DNA of 64,000 nucleotides from Auanema rhodensis (lineage: Eukaryota; Animalia; Nematoda): positions 7,564,001-7,628,000 of the forward strand of contig OZ059899.1 of assembly GCA_964057225.1 (NCBI GenBank). Reading direction: 5' to 3'. Position numbers and translations under genes: made by a program. Of this stretch, positions 11,701 to 24,941 are shown one piece after another. The notes under the pieces are model-generated. The model saw only the letters and a program-made list of their open reading frames with translations. It was not told where the DNA came from and searched no databases. How positions within the stretch are numbered: the first letter of the stretch is position 1; the number at the start of each line of letters is the position of its first letter.

Positions 11701-13726
11701 ACTTTTTTATATTGTTCTTATTCTGTTTCCTTCTTACATTTAACATACTCCCAGTTTTAATCGGTCGAAACGTATTACTTTTCTTTTGCTTTTCTTCTTT
11801 TACTTACTTTGAGGTTTGAGAAAGAAATCAGCTGAAAGTAAGAACGTAGTAGACGATTTCGGTACCCGTTCCACGGACACCCTATTTTATATTTATTCAG
11901 TAACGCAAATGTTTGGCTAGCTTGTTTTTTTGTGTATTTCTCTGAATTATCAAAGAAAGTTTTGGAATATAATCACAGTTTGGCTAAACAATTTGCAATT
12001 ATTGTCCAGGCATCACAGCTGCCTATAAAACTTAGTTCACCCGTTCAACATGCACCCAAGGTGTAATTAATTCCCTTAGTGAAAATTCACGTTTTGTGAT
12101 TCTATTTTTCTAAGTCGTTGTGATACTTTTCTCTTTCCTATGAGTTAAAACAACAGTTTGTTCCAGAAACATTAGAAAAGCTTTTAGTATCTCTTCAAAT
12201 GTTATATACAAACTTGTTTTAAATCTAAGTCTATAGAAACAGGTTAGACTTTATAATGATATAATTTTTCTATTCTCATATTTATATGTCTACTTCTTTC
12301 TAAATATCCTTTATATAAGACAATATGCTTAATACTCAGAATCTTTATTATATTGAAAACACTAATATGTATTTCATTATTCAATAGAATTGCATAAATA
12401 TTAGTTTTCGACATGTTCATGGGCCAACTATAACAGAATAATATCAGAACTAAATACACAAAACAGATAACCTACTATATGAATAGCTTTGTTCTAGTAA
12501 ACTATGGGAAAGGAGTATTAAAAATTTTTTGTGATGCTTTCATAAGTTACCAAGGGTTTGAGTGATATCATAACTCATAATAACCAGAATTAAGAAAAAT
12601 AAAGTAAGACAGCAAAATTCAAACTAATCAGAAAACATGTTTATGTAATTGGTAACTTTCTTATAAATGTAGATAAGTCATTAAAATGAAACAAATAAAT
12701 TTCAATATAAGCATGTCATAGTAACTGACATGATCATATTATATTTTGTGGTCACTGTGTATTCTAATGATTACTATCCTCTTTTAAAACATAAAACTCT
12801 ACAAGTTAATCAAGATTTACTACTTTCAAATTCATAGCCAATTTTAAAGTAGATGTATAATAAATACAAAAAGAAGAGTGCTAGGACTTAGCATGAATTT
12901 TTGATTCGACATAAACTAGCAAAACAAATGAAAACTAAAATCTAATTTATGGCAGATGTAAACCTAAGCTTAAAAAAAATTAATTTTTTGATGTGCAATA
13001 CGCAGCCTGTTTTGCGTACATGCTACAAATGACTGAAATATAGGTTTAAGTTTTGATACTTTCTTGTAGACCTACTAGTTTTTTATTATGATATTACAAT
13101 ACCAATGCGTTCATATTTTTTTACTAATATTCCAGAGATAATTTCGTATTCGGTTGTTAAATATATAAGTATAGATTTGTCAAGCATTAGCGACTCAGAA
13201 GTCGCGTTCAAAAATCTTTTAGTACGGTAGTTTAGTAATAATGTAAAGTACGTGATCTGATGTCAGTACGCAGAACAATTTGTTGTTGTACTGAGCTTGT
13301 GTGGTGCCTATAGCTTAAACTATTAGGATATTCACCAAGAATGTCTTTATGCAGATACTAATTGCTAACCATTTTAAATTAATGTGATAAAAAATGAGTT
13401 GTATATGTTTATGAAATATTATAAACAAATAAGTTCATGATAACACTCATTTGTATTGCAAGCTCAAATAAGGAAATTGAAGATTTCCGCGGTTGTGTAG
13501 AAATAATTGTATGAATAAAAAATTGTAATCGTTTAATACAAGTTCTGGTTGAAAAGTATGTATAATTTGTATAAAACAATTGTATGACATGTTAATCTTG
13601 GATTCAATGTATTATATTTAACAAATTGATATTGAAATTTCGTATTGACATTTTTTTAAAACTTGATTGTCCCAACGGTTATTATTTTCTTAACTCGAAT
13701 TCTTTTAGTTGTAAAGAACAATATTA

Positions 13727-14777
13727 ATGACGAAATGGAAAAAGGCACTTTACATTCGACAACCATATCCCGACAACTATTCCGGAGGAGATGAACAATT
13801 TTTAAAGGAACTCCGAAAGAATGGTACCGATACGTTTCATTTAATACTGTAAAAATATAATTCTAGTATCGGTGGTTTCATATACATACAAAGAAGCCGT
13901 GATAGGTTCTGCAAATCTTATGTACCATTTGAATAGCGTTGTTCTCTTCTACGTATTATATGAAAATGTACATTTAGTTGTTCATTTTTATTTGAACTAT
14001 TTATTATAGATTCAAGAAAACAATTGGTTCACATCTACATTGGTTTTTACTCTCATGAGCTTGTTCACAATTTTGTACATAATATTTGTAATATTTTTAT
14101 CTCCTCTGGATATAGATTTTGGTGATCATCTATACACCATAGTTACCTTATTATCTTTTGGGTACGGTTTAACGCCACTAATAAGGTTACCAACTTTAAT
14201 GTTTAAATCTCACAGAATAATATATTACAGAACATTAACAGATACCATCAGTACGGATACAATATATGCACTCTCATTTTTAGCAGCTTTAATAAGCTGT
14301 ATATTTCATGACTATGGCTTAAATGCACCAATGTATCTCACTTTTTGGTATTTGCCAACAAATTTAGTTTCAGTGTTTCATTTCCCCTATCTTTAAGTAG
14401 CGGATTGTGCTCAGCTGTTTTTCTTCTATCTCGGATGAAAGATAATGCTTCCGCTTTTGTTATGCTGTCACTCGCGTTTGTAGTGCATGCAAGTTCATCT
14501 ACATTCAGGTGGTCTTTTAATTATTTTGCAGTTTCTAATTTTTTTTTCCAGGAACAATTTATTTGTGAAATATCCTGTTTTTGCGCTTTTCTCTTCTCTA
14601 TTTCTTGGATTTCTATCCATAAAGCTCTTAGATGATCTGTCATATCCTGAACTATCTTTTCTTTTTTTTCTTTTGCATTTATTTGTTCTCATCATATGTC
14701 CATGGGTATTAGTTGAAAAGCAGAAAGATAAACGGAATATTCATGGTCCATGGGATGAAGCTGTTCCGTCAAATTGA
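13727..14777 (+). CDS. pigc-1: GPI-GlcNAc transferase subunit PIG-C/GPI2
   Basis: N-terminal [15 protein letters not shown], internal [19 protein letters not shown] and FHDY, and C-terminal [11 protein letters not shown] are PIG-C signatures. Confidence 0.95.
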
Positions 14778-14907
14778 TTACATATTTTTAAGATTTTGAT
14801 TAAATTGTTTTAAAACTCTATATGTGTTCGTCCACGTTGTTCGTATATTATTTACTGTTAATTTCTTACGTACATCACTCATTTTTCTATTTTCAGTTGC
14901 TAGGACC

Positions 14908-17900
14908 ATGTATGAGGAAGACAGGTTTTTGGTTTTGTGTTTTGTTTTAGTTGTAGATTATTAGTTTCAGAACCTCTGGTCCCCCTGTAAAACGTTTCCG
15001 CAACGACGATCCAAACGTAGATCCCATAAACCCAGACCCATCTGTTGTAGTGCATGTTAGGAATTTAAATCATAAGGCTAGTTAACTTAAAGGAATGAAT
15101 ATTCAAATTCTACTTTATAGGCTACGGAAGCCGATCTTTTAGAAGCTTTAGGACCTTTTGGTCCAATCGCATATGCCTTGGTACGTAGAGCTCAAAGCAT
15201 GGCCCTTGTTGAGTTTGAAACTCTTGATGGTTTGTTTCCATAATCTTATTGTTTTTATTTCAATATATTTTAGGAGCCAAAGCATGTGTTGAGTTTGCTG
15301 GAAACAATCAAATTTATGTAGCTGGACAACCTGCTCAATTTAATTATTCAACATCAGAGAGTATTCAAAGAATGGGTCATGAATCGGCTACTCCAAATCA
15401 TGTTCTTGTACTTACTGTAACAAATGTTCAATATCCAATAACAGCTGATGTAAGCATTTCTAATATTATATATTTATGACATACACTCTCAGGTAATTCA
15501 CGAAATTTGCAATTCTCACGGAGAAGTTAAACGAATATGCATTGTGAAAAGAACTCATGTTGTTGTAGCCTTAGTTGAATTTGATTCTAAAGATATTGCA
15601 AAGGTAAGGCGTAAACTCCTTTGCAATATCTATGTATTCTGTTTAGAGTGTAAAACATGCAATTAATGGTGCCGACATTTATTCTGGCTGCTGTACACTG
15701 AAAGTTGAATTTGCTGGGGTATGCTAGTAGTTTTTGATCTCGTTTAGTTTAACTAATAATTATATTTTCAGACTGATCATGTCCGTGTTACCAGGCAAGA
15801 TAATGACCAAAGAGATTATACTGGTAGTTTGGGTTAGTTTTCTTTTCTATTTTTTTGTTTGGAAAATTCATATTTAATATATTTATATGTATATTACATA
15901 TAATAATTATAACAAGCACGATAATCTATATATTCATAACAACTTGTGGATAAAACACGGGACCACCGAGAAAGCAATTTGTAATTTATACAAACATTGT
16001 ATTGATGAGTTAGAAGTATCGAGACCGAGCAAGAAGACAGATCAGATGAAATGATCCCGGAAATATACAGACGACATAGAAATCGCAAACAAGAAGACTA
16101 TAAAAGCAGAAAATCACAAAATTAGTGATAATACTGCTCTTTTTCATGTGCAGAAGAGCTGGAACATGGATGCAGTTGTAGTTTGGAGAAACTACTGGTC
16201 ATGTTTTGGAACAAGCTTTTGCCGTTCTTACATTTTGTTAAAATTTAGGTTATGGACTGGGTAAGTTTAGCATGCTTGCTTGGGTGGTCCTGTTTTGTTT
16301 TTAGTATCACATTATTCATAAATGTGAATGTCCTAGAAGAATCATTTGTTTCAGACGTTATAGTGCCGTCTCAAAGAAAAACTCTAATTCCTGCTCCATC
16401 GGAACCACATGGTATGAAACTATTTTTAATGAAAATAGAGTAATCTTTTCCAAAAAATTGTAGCATCTTATGGCCAACAGACTGACTATCCAGCTGCGTA
16501 TCCTCCCGCTCCAGCTTATCCCTCACGGCCATCATATCGAGGAGGACCTCCACCAGGACCTGCGAGGTATGTCATGTTATATTATAGTCAATAGTTCTTA
16601 ATTTCAGCTCTCGGCCTGTGTATCCTCCCAATGATCATTTTGCAAGAGATTCATACACTACTCGAGAGTCTTATGGTTTGCTGCCTTATTATCAATACTT
16701 TTTCATTAACTTAATTTTTAGATACTTACTCCTCTCGTGAAAATTATGATCGTGGATTTTCCGGATCAACAGATCGTAACTATAGATCGGATGATCGTGG
16801 TTTAGATGTAAGTTTGATATTCTTTTTTAACAGAAAGTTGGAATATTTGAGGGAGGTGATGGATGTGTGATTATGGTGTACGGACTTGATCAAGCCAAAA
16901 TCAACTGTGAAATGCTATTCAATCTATTTTGCCAATATGGAAATGTTCTCAGAATCAAGTTCATGCTAGCTAAGGTGGACACTGCTATGGTCGAGATGGG
17001 ACTTCCAGAGCATGTATGTTCCGTTTTATTTTGTTATTTCTTGATAAACTTGTTCATGGAAATGATTGTGTTTTGATGTTGTCTTTTATTCTACAATATC
17101 TATCTCTAGGTAACAAATGTTATGGGATACTTACAAGGTGTTACTTTATTCGGAATGACTATTGAGTTAAAACCAAGTTTTCAAGCTGGTGTTAGGGAAG
17201 TGAAGTATGACATTTATTTTTTTGTATTTGATTAATTAATTATGTATAGGGAACCGTTTGACATGCCCGATGGTACACCATCTTTTAGAGACTTTACAGC
17301 CTCTCGTAATCAAAGATTTAGCACTGCTGAAGCAGCATTGAGAAATCGGCTGACTGTTCCAACTCCTGTCATTCATTGGTATAATGCACCTCCTGAGATG
17401 GATGGTCAAAAAATTATGGAGGTTACTTTGATCTTTATTTACGCTATTTATGATTTTCTGTTTAGTTGTTCACAGAGCGAGGAGCCCCACTCCCCATTAG
17501 CACTTTCATTTTTCCTAGTCGTACTGATAGATCTTCATCGGGAACGGCTGAATTTGATTCATTGGAGAAGGCTACTGAAGCCTTGGCGCTTGCCAATCAT
17601 ACACCTGTTGTAAGCCCAGCCGGAAAAGTAAGTGAAACTAAGTTTTTAAAATTACGAATTTGCTTGTTTGAAGGCTCCTTATATTGTCAAAATGGCTTTT
17701 ACTCACCCGAGACCGCGCGCATCTGCTTCTGAGGATCCATCTGAAAGCAATCCAGATATTCAGGATACTTATGAAGATTTGGGAGAAGGTGGATATCGGG
17801 CTAGTTTTGATAGAGGAAGCTTCCGCCCAAGAGGAAGGTTTGTTTAATTTGGGAATTGATAGTTACAATGAATGGTTTTATAGAGGAAGGGGAGAGTATC

Positions 17901-18016
17901 GTGGTTCACGTGGTGGGTTCCGGGGATCCCGTGGTGAATATAGAGGCAGAGGACGCAGTAGAGGCCGTGGCGACTACGGTGGCTCAAGAGATAATTATAA
18001 TAGTGGATATTACTAA
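14908..18016 (+). CDS. hrpl-1: hnRNP L-like RNA-binding protein (4 RRMs, C-terminal RGG tail)
   Basis: PSVVVHVRNL...ATEADLLEALGPFG, PNHVLVLTVTNVQYPITADV, INGADIYSGCCTLKVEFA, VIMVYGLDQAKINCEMLFNLFCQYGNV, RDFTASRNQRFST, IHWYNAPP; RG-rich end. Confidence 0.93.
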
Positions 18017-18323
18017 GAATCGATCTCTGCTTTCCTTGTTTTTCGTTGTCGGTCTTGACCTTCTGAATGGCATTTCTTCTTTGTTTATTTCTTTGTGCGT
18101 TTCTTTATGTTCCAAGTTTCTTACAGTAGATCATGAGTAGATTTATTGGTTTTAGGCACACTACATATTTCTCTAAAAATATTCAAAGGTGCTTACGTTG
18201 TTATTTGTGTTAATAAGTATACATGTAATATAGCGTGATTTCAGCTCAACAAATTGTTGCTATCAGTTGACTTACCTTTTTTATTCAAATTGGCTTGTTA
18301 TATGAAATATTTACTACAGCAGG

Positions 18324-19136
18324 ATGTCAAAAACTCAAGAAATAAAATCTCTAATAACTGAAAGAGATGAAATTGACCGACAAATTGAAGAACAATTATT
18401 AATTTTGGAAGCTGTCAGTACTTTTCGTTATGAAACTTTTCAAGTTTTAAGATTCAGAATAATTGTACTATGGAAAATTCTCTTGTTGATGAGGAAGGAT
18501 ATCCAATAGCTTCAATTGATGTGTATAATGTTCGACATGCCCGAACTGCTATTATTAGATTAAGGTATTGCCTAGTGTGAAGCATATACACAGTTGTTGT
18601 AGAAATGATCGAGTTGCACTGATGGAAAAAGTAGCTGAAGCTATAGTTGATGATTCTGTATTAGGGGAAGGAAATAAAATCTTGTCGATGGAGGTTTGCA
18701 CTAAAAGGTTTATTTCCTGATATTCTTATTTTCATCAGGTTGATGGAAATGCACCCACAGTTCATCGCACATCGAATACTCCTTTCGCTAAAGTTATTTG
18801 AAATATATATCGATTACTTAAAACTCATTATAGGTAACCTCTGTAGTTCCGGAGTCGCCTGCTGCAATTGATGGCTTTAAAGAAAACGATGAAATAATTC
18901 AATATGGTCCAATCCATCATGGAAACTTTATAAATATGCAAGAATTCTCTGAAGTGACTAACAACAATCAAGGAGTTAGATAACTAGGGAAATTATTATT
19001 AAATATGTATTAATTTCAGAGTATCATTCGAGTAACAGTTATTAGAAATCTTCGGCCAGTACGTCTCGAAATTCGTCCTCGTCAGTGGAATGGAAAAGGG
19101 TTACTTGGATGTGCTGTTGTTCCTATTTCTGCCTAA
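18324..19136 (+). CDS. psmd-9: 26S proteasome assembly chaperone PSMD9/Nas2 (PDZ-like)
   Basis: LVDEEGYPIASIDVYNVRHARTAIIRLRND, PFAKVTSVVPESPAAIDG, RPRQWNGKGLLGC. Confidence 0.95.
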
Positions 19137-19317
19137 TTTTTTTTTAAACTTTTTATATTAAATTACCGGTTTTTTTTAATATTTATTCAAATTTATTATT
19201 TAAATTATATAAATATATCGTTTTCCTGATTATATTATTCTGTTAGCAAACGTTAAACTTCTTTCCTATCTGCAAATTTGTGTAAAATACTTTTAAAAGC
19301 AACTTGTGGGTTAAGGA

Positions 19318-20466
19318 ATGCCCAATATTGCTTCCACCTTGGTACAATATGATCAGCTAATCGGGGGATTAAGTAGTGGGTTGGTTAGTACCCTCGTGTG
19401 CCATCCTTTGGATTTATTGAAAACCAGGTTCTCAGGTATACAAATCACTAATGAGCAAGTTAAACTTCTACCTTCAGCTAACGATGGAAGCTCCTTAAGA
19501 CCCGTTTATAGAAGCTATTGGCATGCTACATGTTGTATTGCTAAGGCTAATGGATTTCGAGGATTGTATCAAGGGTTTACTCCAAATATGACTGGAGCAA
19601 CTCTCTCTTGGGGTCTATATTTTCATTGGTTATATAACCCAGGAAATAAAGCAATGATTATGTAAATTTAGGTATCATAAGATTCGTGATCTCTTCCCAA
19701 CATCTAATTATTATCAAAATTCCATCAATTTTGCAACGGGTATGATTTCTGGTACTTGTGTTATGGCATTTACTAATCCAATTTGGGTTTCAAAAACTAG
19801 GTTGGTTGAGTCAAAAAAGTTAATAGTTCTGTTGTTTTAGGTTGTTTTTGCAATACGAAACAAATACAGGAAAAAGGCGTTATACGGGAATGTTAGATTG
19901 TTTATATAAAATTGCGAAAGAAGAGGGAGTTCCGGGACTTTATAGAGTAAATATAATGATTTTCATATTTTTACAGATTTTTTATAGGGGTTCTTTATTG
20001 GAATTATTGGAAGTGTCCACGGAGCATTACAGTTTATGATCTACAACTTTATGAAAAGTGAAATATATAAGGCTAGAAACATAACTGAAGATTCAGCTCT
20101 GGTTGGTGGTATTAAAAAAGCTACTTTTCCAACCAAATTTTAGAGTAATTTTGAAACAACTTATTGTTCCATTGCTTCTAAAGTTATAGCAACCACTGCA
20201 ATTTTTCCCTATCAAGTTTTACGGACTCGTGTTCAAGTATACCTATTTTTCTTATAAGCAACGGTTTTAAAACAATTTCTTAGGATCACAATACCACTAA
20301 TAATGGAATTCTTATAACTTGCAGAAGCATAATACGTAAAGAAGGTATGAAAGGGTTTTATAAAGGATGCTTAATGGCTAACCTACGTCTTTTGCCTGCA
20401 GCAGTAGTAACATTTTTAACATATGAGAATGTTAGGCACTATATAAAACAGTTAGATATAGAATAG
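19318..20466 (+). CDS. slc-25A32: Mitochondrial folate/FAD carrier SLC25A32-like
   Basis: Three carrier repeats: HPLDLLKTRF, TNPIWVSKTRL, FPYQVLRTRVQ; also GLYQGFTPNMTGATLSWGLYF and VHGALQFMIY. Confidence 0.9.
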
Positions 20467-20896
20467 GTTATTATTATATTTATTTAAATATATATAAATA
20501 TATATATATTTATATATATATATATATATATGGATGTCTAGTCTTAATTATCTAGTTAATTTTGTAGTTTATTCCTTCGAAACTTCAGAAGTGGAAAAGT
20601 AGTATTGTAGTAGTCAATGTTTTTTGTTGTTCCTGTTTTCGTTGCAAACTTTTTTGTTTTTTTTTACGCAGTTTTCAAAATTGGTTTTCTGATAAAAAAT
20701 GAAATAGTATGTTCTGATTTATTTGTTTTAACAAGTAATATGCATTTCATTTTCAAGAAAGAAAGATGAAACTTATTCGATAACATTCATTTAAAAACCC
20801 ATTCATTTAAAAACAAATGGCAACGGCTAATATCAAATGATTTAGAAGAAAGTTTAAGTGAAATAGTAAAATATGTCTGAAAAAAAGTACTCGTAA

Positions 20897-23023
20897 CTAT
20901 TTTTCTCGTCTAGTACTACTGGTTTGAGTTGTGCAAGATATCAAAGAAGGAGCTTGAGTTAGCCCGAGAGACAAATCATCATCTTCGTTGTCTGTATTAA
21001 GCAAGTCTGAAAAGAATGATATAAATTTATAGTTTAGATTTCAACATACTCATGGGCATGCTTGTTGTAGTTATTACAGGAAAATCACATTCATCATGCA
21101 AATCATCAATAGAAGAAGATGTAGACGATTTCCCCACTCGGCTAGTTAACGACGACATCCAAATTGACCATCTTAACAACCAGACGCGAGTTCGGGCCTA
21201 ATAAACATATAAATAATGGAAACTGTAAACATATATTAACATGGACCTACATGGAAGTAATAATTGAGATAAGAAGTAAGAGCATCTCCGAGTAAGAACA
21301 ATGGTTTTAGTACTAGGAATGTCGAAATTGATGTACTAGGTACAACATCACCCAAACCAACAAGGAAAACAGTTATAAAAAGCAAATATATTGAAGTACT
21401 AATATCCAAATTCTCTAAAAACTGAAAATAATAGTTTCAATTGGCACTGCAGTAAGAAAATAACATACTCCAACAATAAACGTAACAGCCACAAAATATA
21501 CACAGATGAACAGGGCAAGTGTACAGGCAAGCACACTGTCTCGTGGCCGCTTTGTTTTATCGTATCTAAGATTCAAAATGACAAAAATTCCAAAATATAA
21601 TCTTAGCTTTAAATATAAAACCTTTTCTTTTTAAAACAATACCACAACTTTTGTAAGTGTTTCCCACATCTTATTACAATTTTCGTAGCTAATCGACCAA
21701 ATTCTACCTAAGCACAAATATATAAAATTACGAAAGCGAAAGCTATAACTTTAAAAGTCATGAACTGCGGAATCCAAAATAAAATGAACAACATTGTAAA
21801 TAAGCGGCCAAGTGTTGTGTGTGGATACTATAATAATAATTTTTGTATAATTATTAATTACAAAATCAGAGTTTACGGTATTTCCATAGCCAATTGTTGT
21901 ATACAGTGACCATGCGTACATAAATCCAGTGGCAGGATCATTAATTTTAGATCGGCTAAAGATAGATAAAAATTATTAAAACGATCGCTTTTATAGCTAA
22001 CTTTCGTATACAATCCTCCACTACTTTTAAAGTAAAGTTAGCTGCCCAACCATACTCCTCCACATCTTTATACGCTGATAAAAAACAATTATCTCTTGGT
22101 AAAATATCATCTCCGTCCTTTTCAATTATCTAAAGTTGGTTATAAATAAATAAGAGGAAAGTATAATATTTCATACATATATAGAAATGCCTCCAAGAAA
22201 AGTAGCCAAAAATACGGAAATAAATGTTGTCAAAAATGATATCAATCTGGCACTTGTGTTGACTGTGACAAAGTTCTCATCATGTGAAGCCGGCTTTTCT
22301 CTATGAATATTTGAAATGGTTAATATAAAATCATTTATATTTTTCAAAAAATATTTTTAATTTTAGAATGTCGTACGAATTTGCTCAATAATACCTTAGT
22401 AAATTAACTGTTGTACTCCAAATATTTGTTTCTTCGACAGTACTACCCATAAGCCATTAGCAAGATAAAATGAAAACTGATTAGCATATCTTGGTATTGC
22501 ACACCAGCTTGCCACGTGATATATATATGCGCTATCTTTGCCAGGGACTATACTAGACTCCATTAAGTTTTTGTTTACGATATAATGACATTTCTAAATC
22601 TTATATGAATTTCAGATAAAGAACAGTGCGAAAAAACGGTTTTGTTGCAGTTTCGACAAAAAAAGATGGTCAATAAGAGGTCCATGGATTAATACCCGGA
22701 TATCAATTTAACTATTTAAAATAAGAGTTTTGTTTCAATTGTAATTCGTGAGGGGTGGCAGAAAACGTAATGCCACCCAAAGAAAACAATGCAAATACAA
22801 ACGTTTACGAAAATTAATGTTTTTTGGATAATTTGTGTTTGAAATCTTACTTCAATTTTTGATAAAGATATCCTCCAATAGTTAGTTTACGACGACAATT
22901 GCAATCATAATCACCAGTCAAACCATTTTTGTCTTCTTCTTCTTCAAGGCAAGGTGTTCTTGAAGTAACTGTAAGCTCATTTGCTTCTTGATGGCTTAGA
23001 TGGTACCAGTGAGGGGATGTCAT
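20897..23023 (-). CDS. TWK/K2P two-pore-domain potassium channel with two alternative first exons (ATG 23023 or 22450)
   Basis: Pore 1 GFMYAWSLYTTIGYG..PHTTLGRLFTMLFILFWIP; pore 2 IYLLFITVFLVGLGDVVP; four TM segments; ends ...STRREK*. Confidence 0.88.
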
Positions 23024-24941
23024 CGATAGTATAATGATTCCAGTTTATCTAGAAGCAAAAATATTTATATAAACATACAGGGAGAGCCAAATAGAGCAAT
23101 TTAATGAAACATAAATACAGATAAAGTATAAAATTTTGATTAACGGTGGGCCAAATGAAATTACAGAAATTGGGAATCTCAAATAGAATTGTAGGAGGAG
23201 TTAAAACTGTTTCGAATAGTAAGAATGAGGGAAAAACCAGCACCTGTTGAATCTTTTTCTGGCTTTTTTTCTAGAACACCGAAATTCACAGATGTTTCAT
23301 GCGATGCACCAAATCAAAGACTAAAGAAGCAGAATTTGGTAAAATAAAAACATCTAAATGTTTTTTAGCATCATATCTTTATAAATAGCAAAGAATAAAT
23401 CGTAAGGGTATGTAGGTTTGATCAAGGATCTTAAATCTGACTGAAAACCGCCTGTTTTATTCGAATTTAAATGACTCATTGATAGTCTGAATATAATAAT
23501 ATTAGAATGCCCTCTACTCAAAGAAGAAGGATAGCGATGATAAGGTCAAAAAAAGGCAATTGGATTAGTCAGAGGTGGATATTTTCTCTTTTCAAGTGTT
23601 ACCTCTAACATACTTTACAAATATCAACTATTTTGATATAACTATATGATGAATTTTTCAATAATCCCCTTCAGGAAATTTGAAATAGTAATTGTAAAAC
23701 TGTGATAGTGTCTCCTTTTACAAAAATTGAAAATAAGGACTGAAGCACAATTTCATTTACTATTATATCTTATTTTCCTCTATGTTAGCATTGTTTTGGT
23801 TGATGATGTATCGTATTCACAGTGGAAACATATACACGAGTTTCAGAAAAAAATTGTTATGGTTATCTTTGGTCTTTGAAGAACCATAGAGAATACGAGA
23901 GCATCATAAAGTAGAAAACAAAAAGCTAAGTTACTTTGGATAGAAAAAATGAACTAACAAAAATTTGATGTTGGTACTGTTTATCAAACAAAATTTGCTT
24001 AATACGACAATAAGATTGACGAATTGTCTATCTGTACTTAACCAGATGTGAAAGGAAGAGAAGAATGGTTAGAATAACGAATGTGTGAAAAAGAGTGGGC
24101 GCATTGTTTTACTGGTGTGATAAAACTTATTTTAGATAACATCTTTTTTTTGTTTTAATTCTATTGGTTTTAGAAAGAAACACGCGTGATCGTAAGAAGG
24201 AAAAAGCCACGATGTTCTGCGTTGAACTACGCTAACGACACAAACAGTAGCAACATTTACAGCTGAAATTTCCGTTAGTTGAAGATGATACATTGTGATA
24301 AATTGAATCATCAGAACCTAAAAAGCAATCGCTTAATACTCAAAAGTATGAGAAGGTTTCTTACTTATTTATATTTTTATTTTTTTTAAATTGACCATTA
24401 ATAATGGTAATGAAGTATGAATATCATATTTTTATGCCATTAAGTAATATTCACAGAAGAGATAATGTATTATAATATGTATCACTTCATATCGTGTAAA
24501 AATGAAATCCAAATTGAATAAGATCATAATTTTACTCAGAATTTACAGTATTATTTATGAAAAATAAACAAATCAATGGATGATTGCATATTTTTTTCTT
24601 AATACTTATTACTTACAACATTCAACAAAGCAACAAATCCAATTATTGTAGAATGTGATTGCATACTACTACTTCCTTTTTTATTATTTAATATCACAAT
24701 CTATATAGCTGATATTCTATATTCGCTTTATTAATTTAGTCACATAGGAGAAATAAAACGGAGCAATAAATCTCCTCCCTCTTATTAGATTGGGGAACAA
24801 TGTAGAGATCGACAAACTTCAAACTTCAATCAAGTGAACTTCGTCTGTTTTTCATTAAGTGAAACTTTACTTTTTGGTTTTCGTTCATAGCTCTTAGCAG
24901 TCTCTTATTTTGATTGAAAGTTATATTCCTCCATAACAGAA

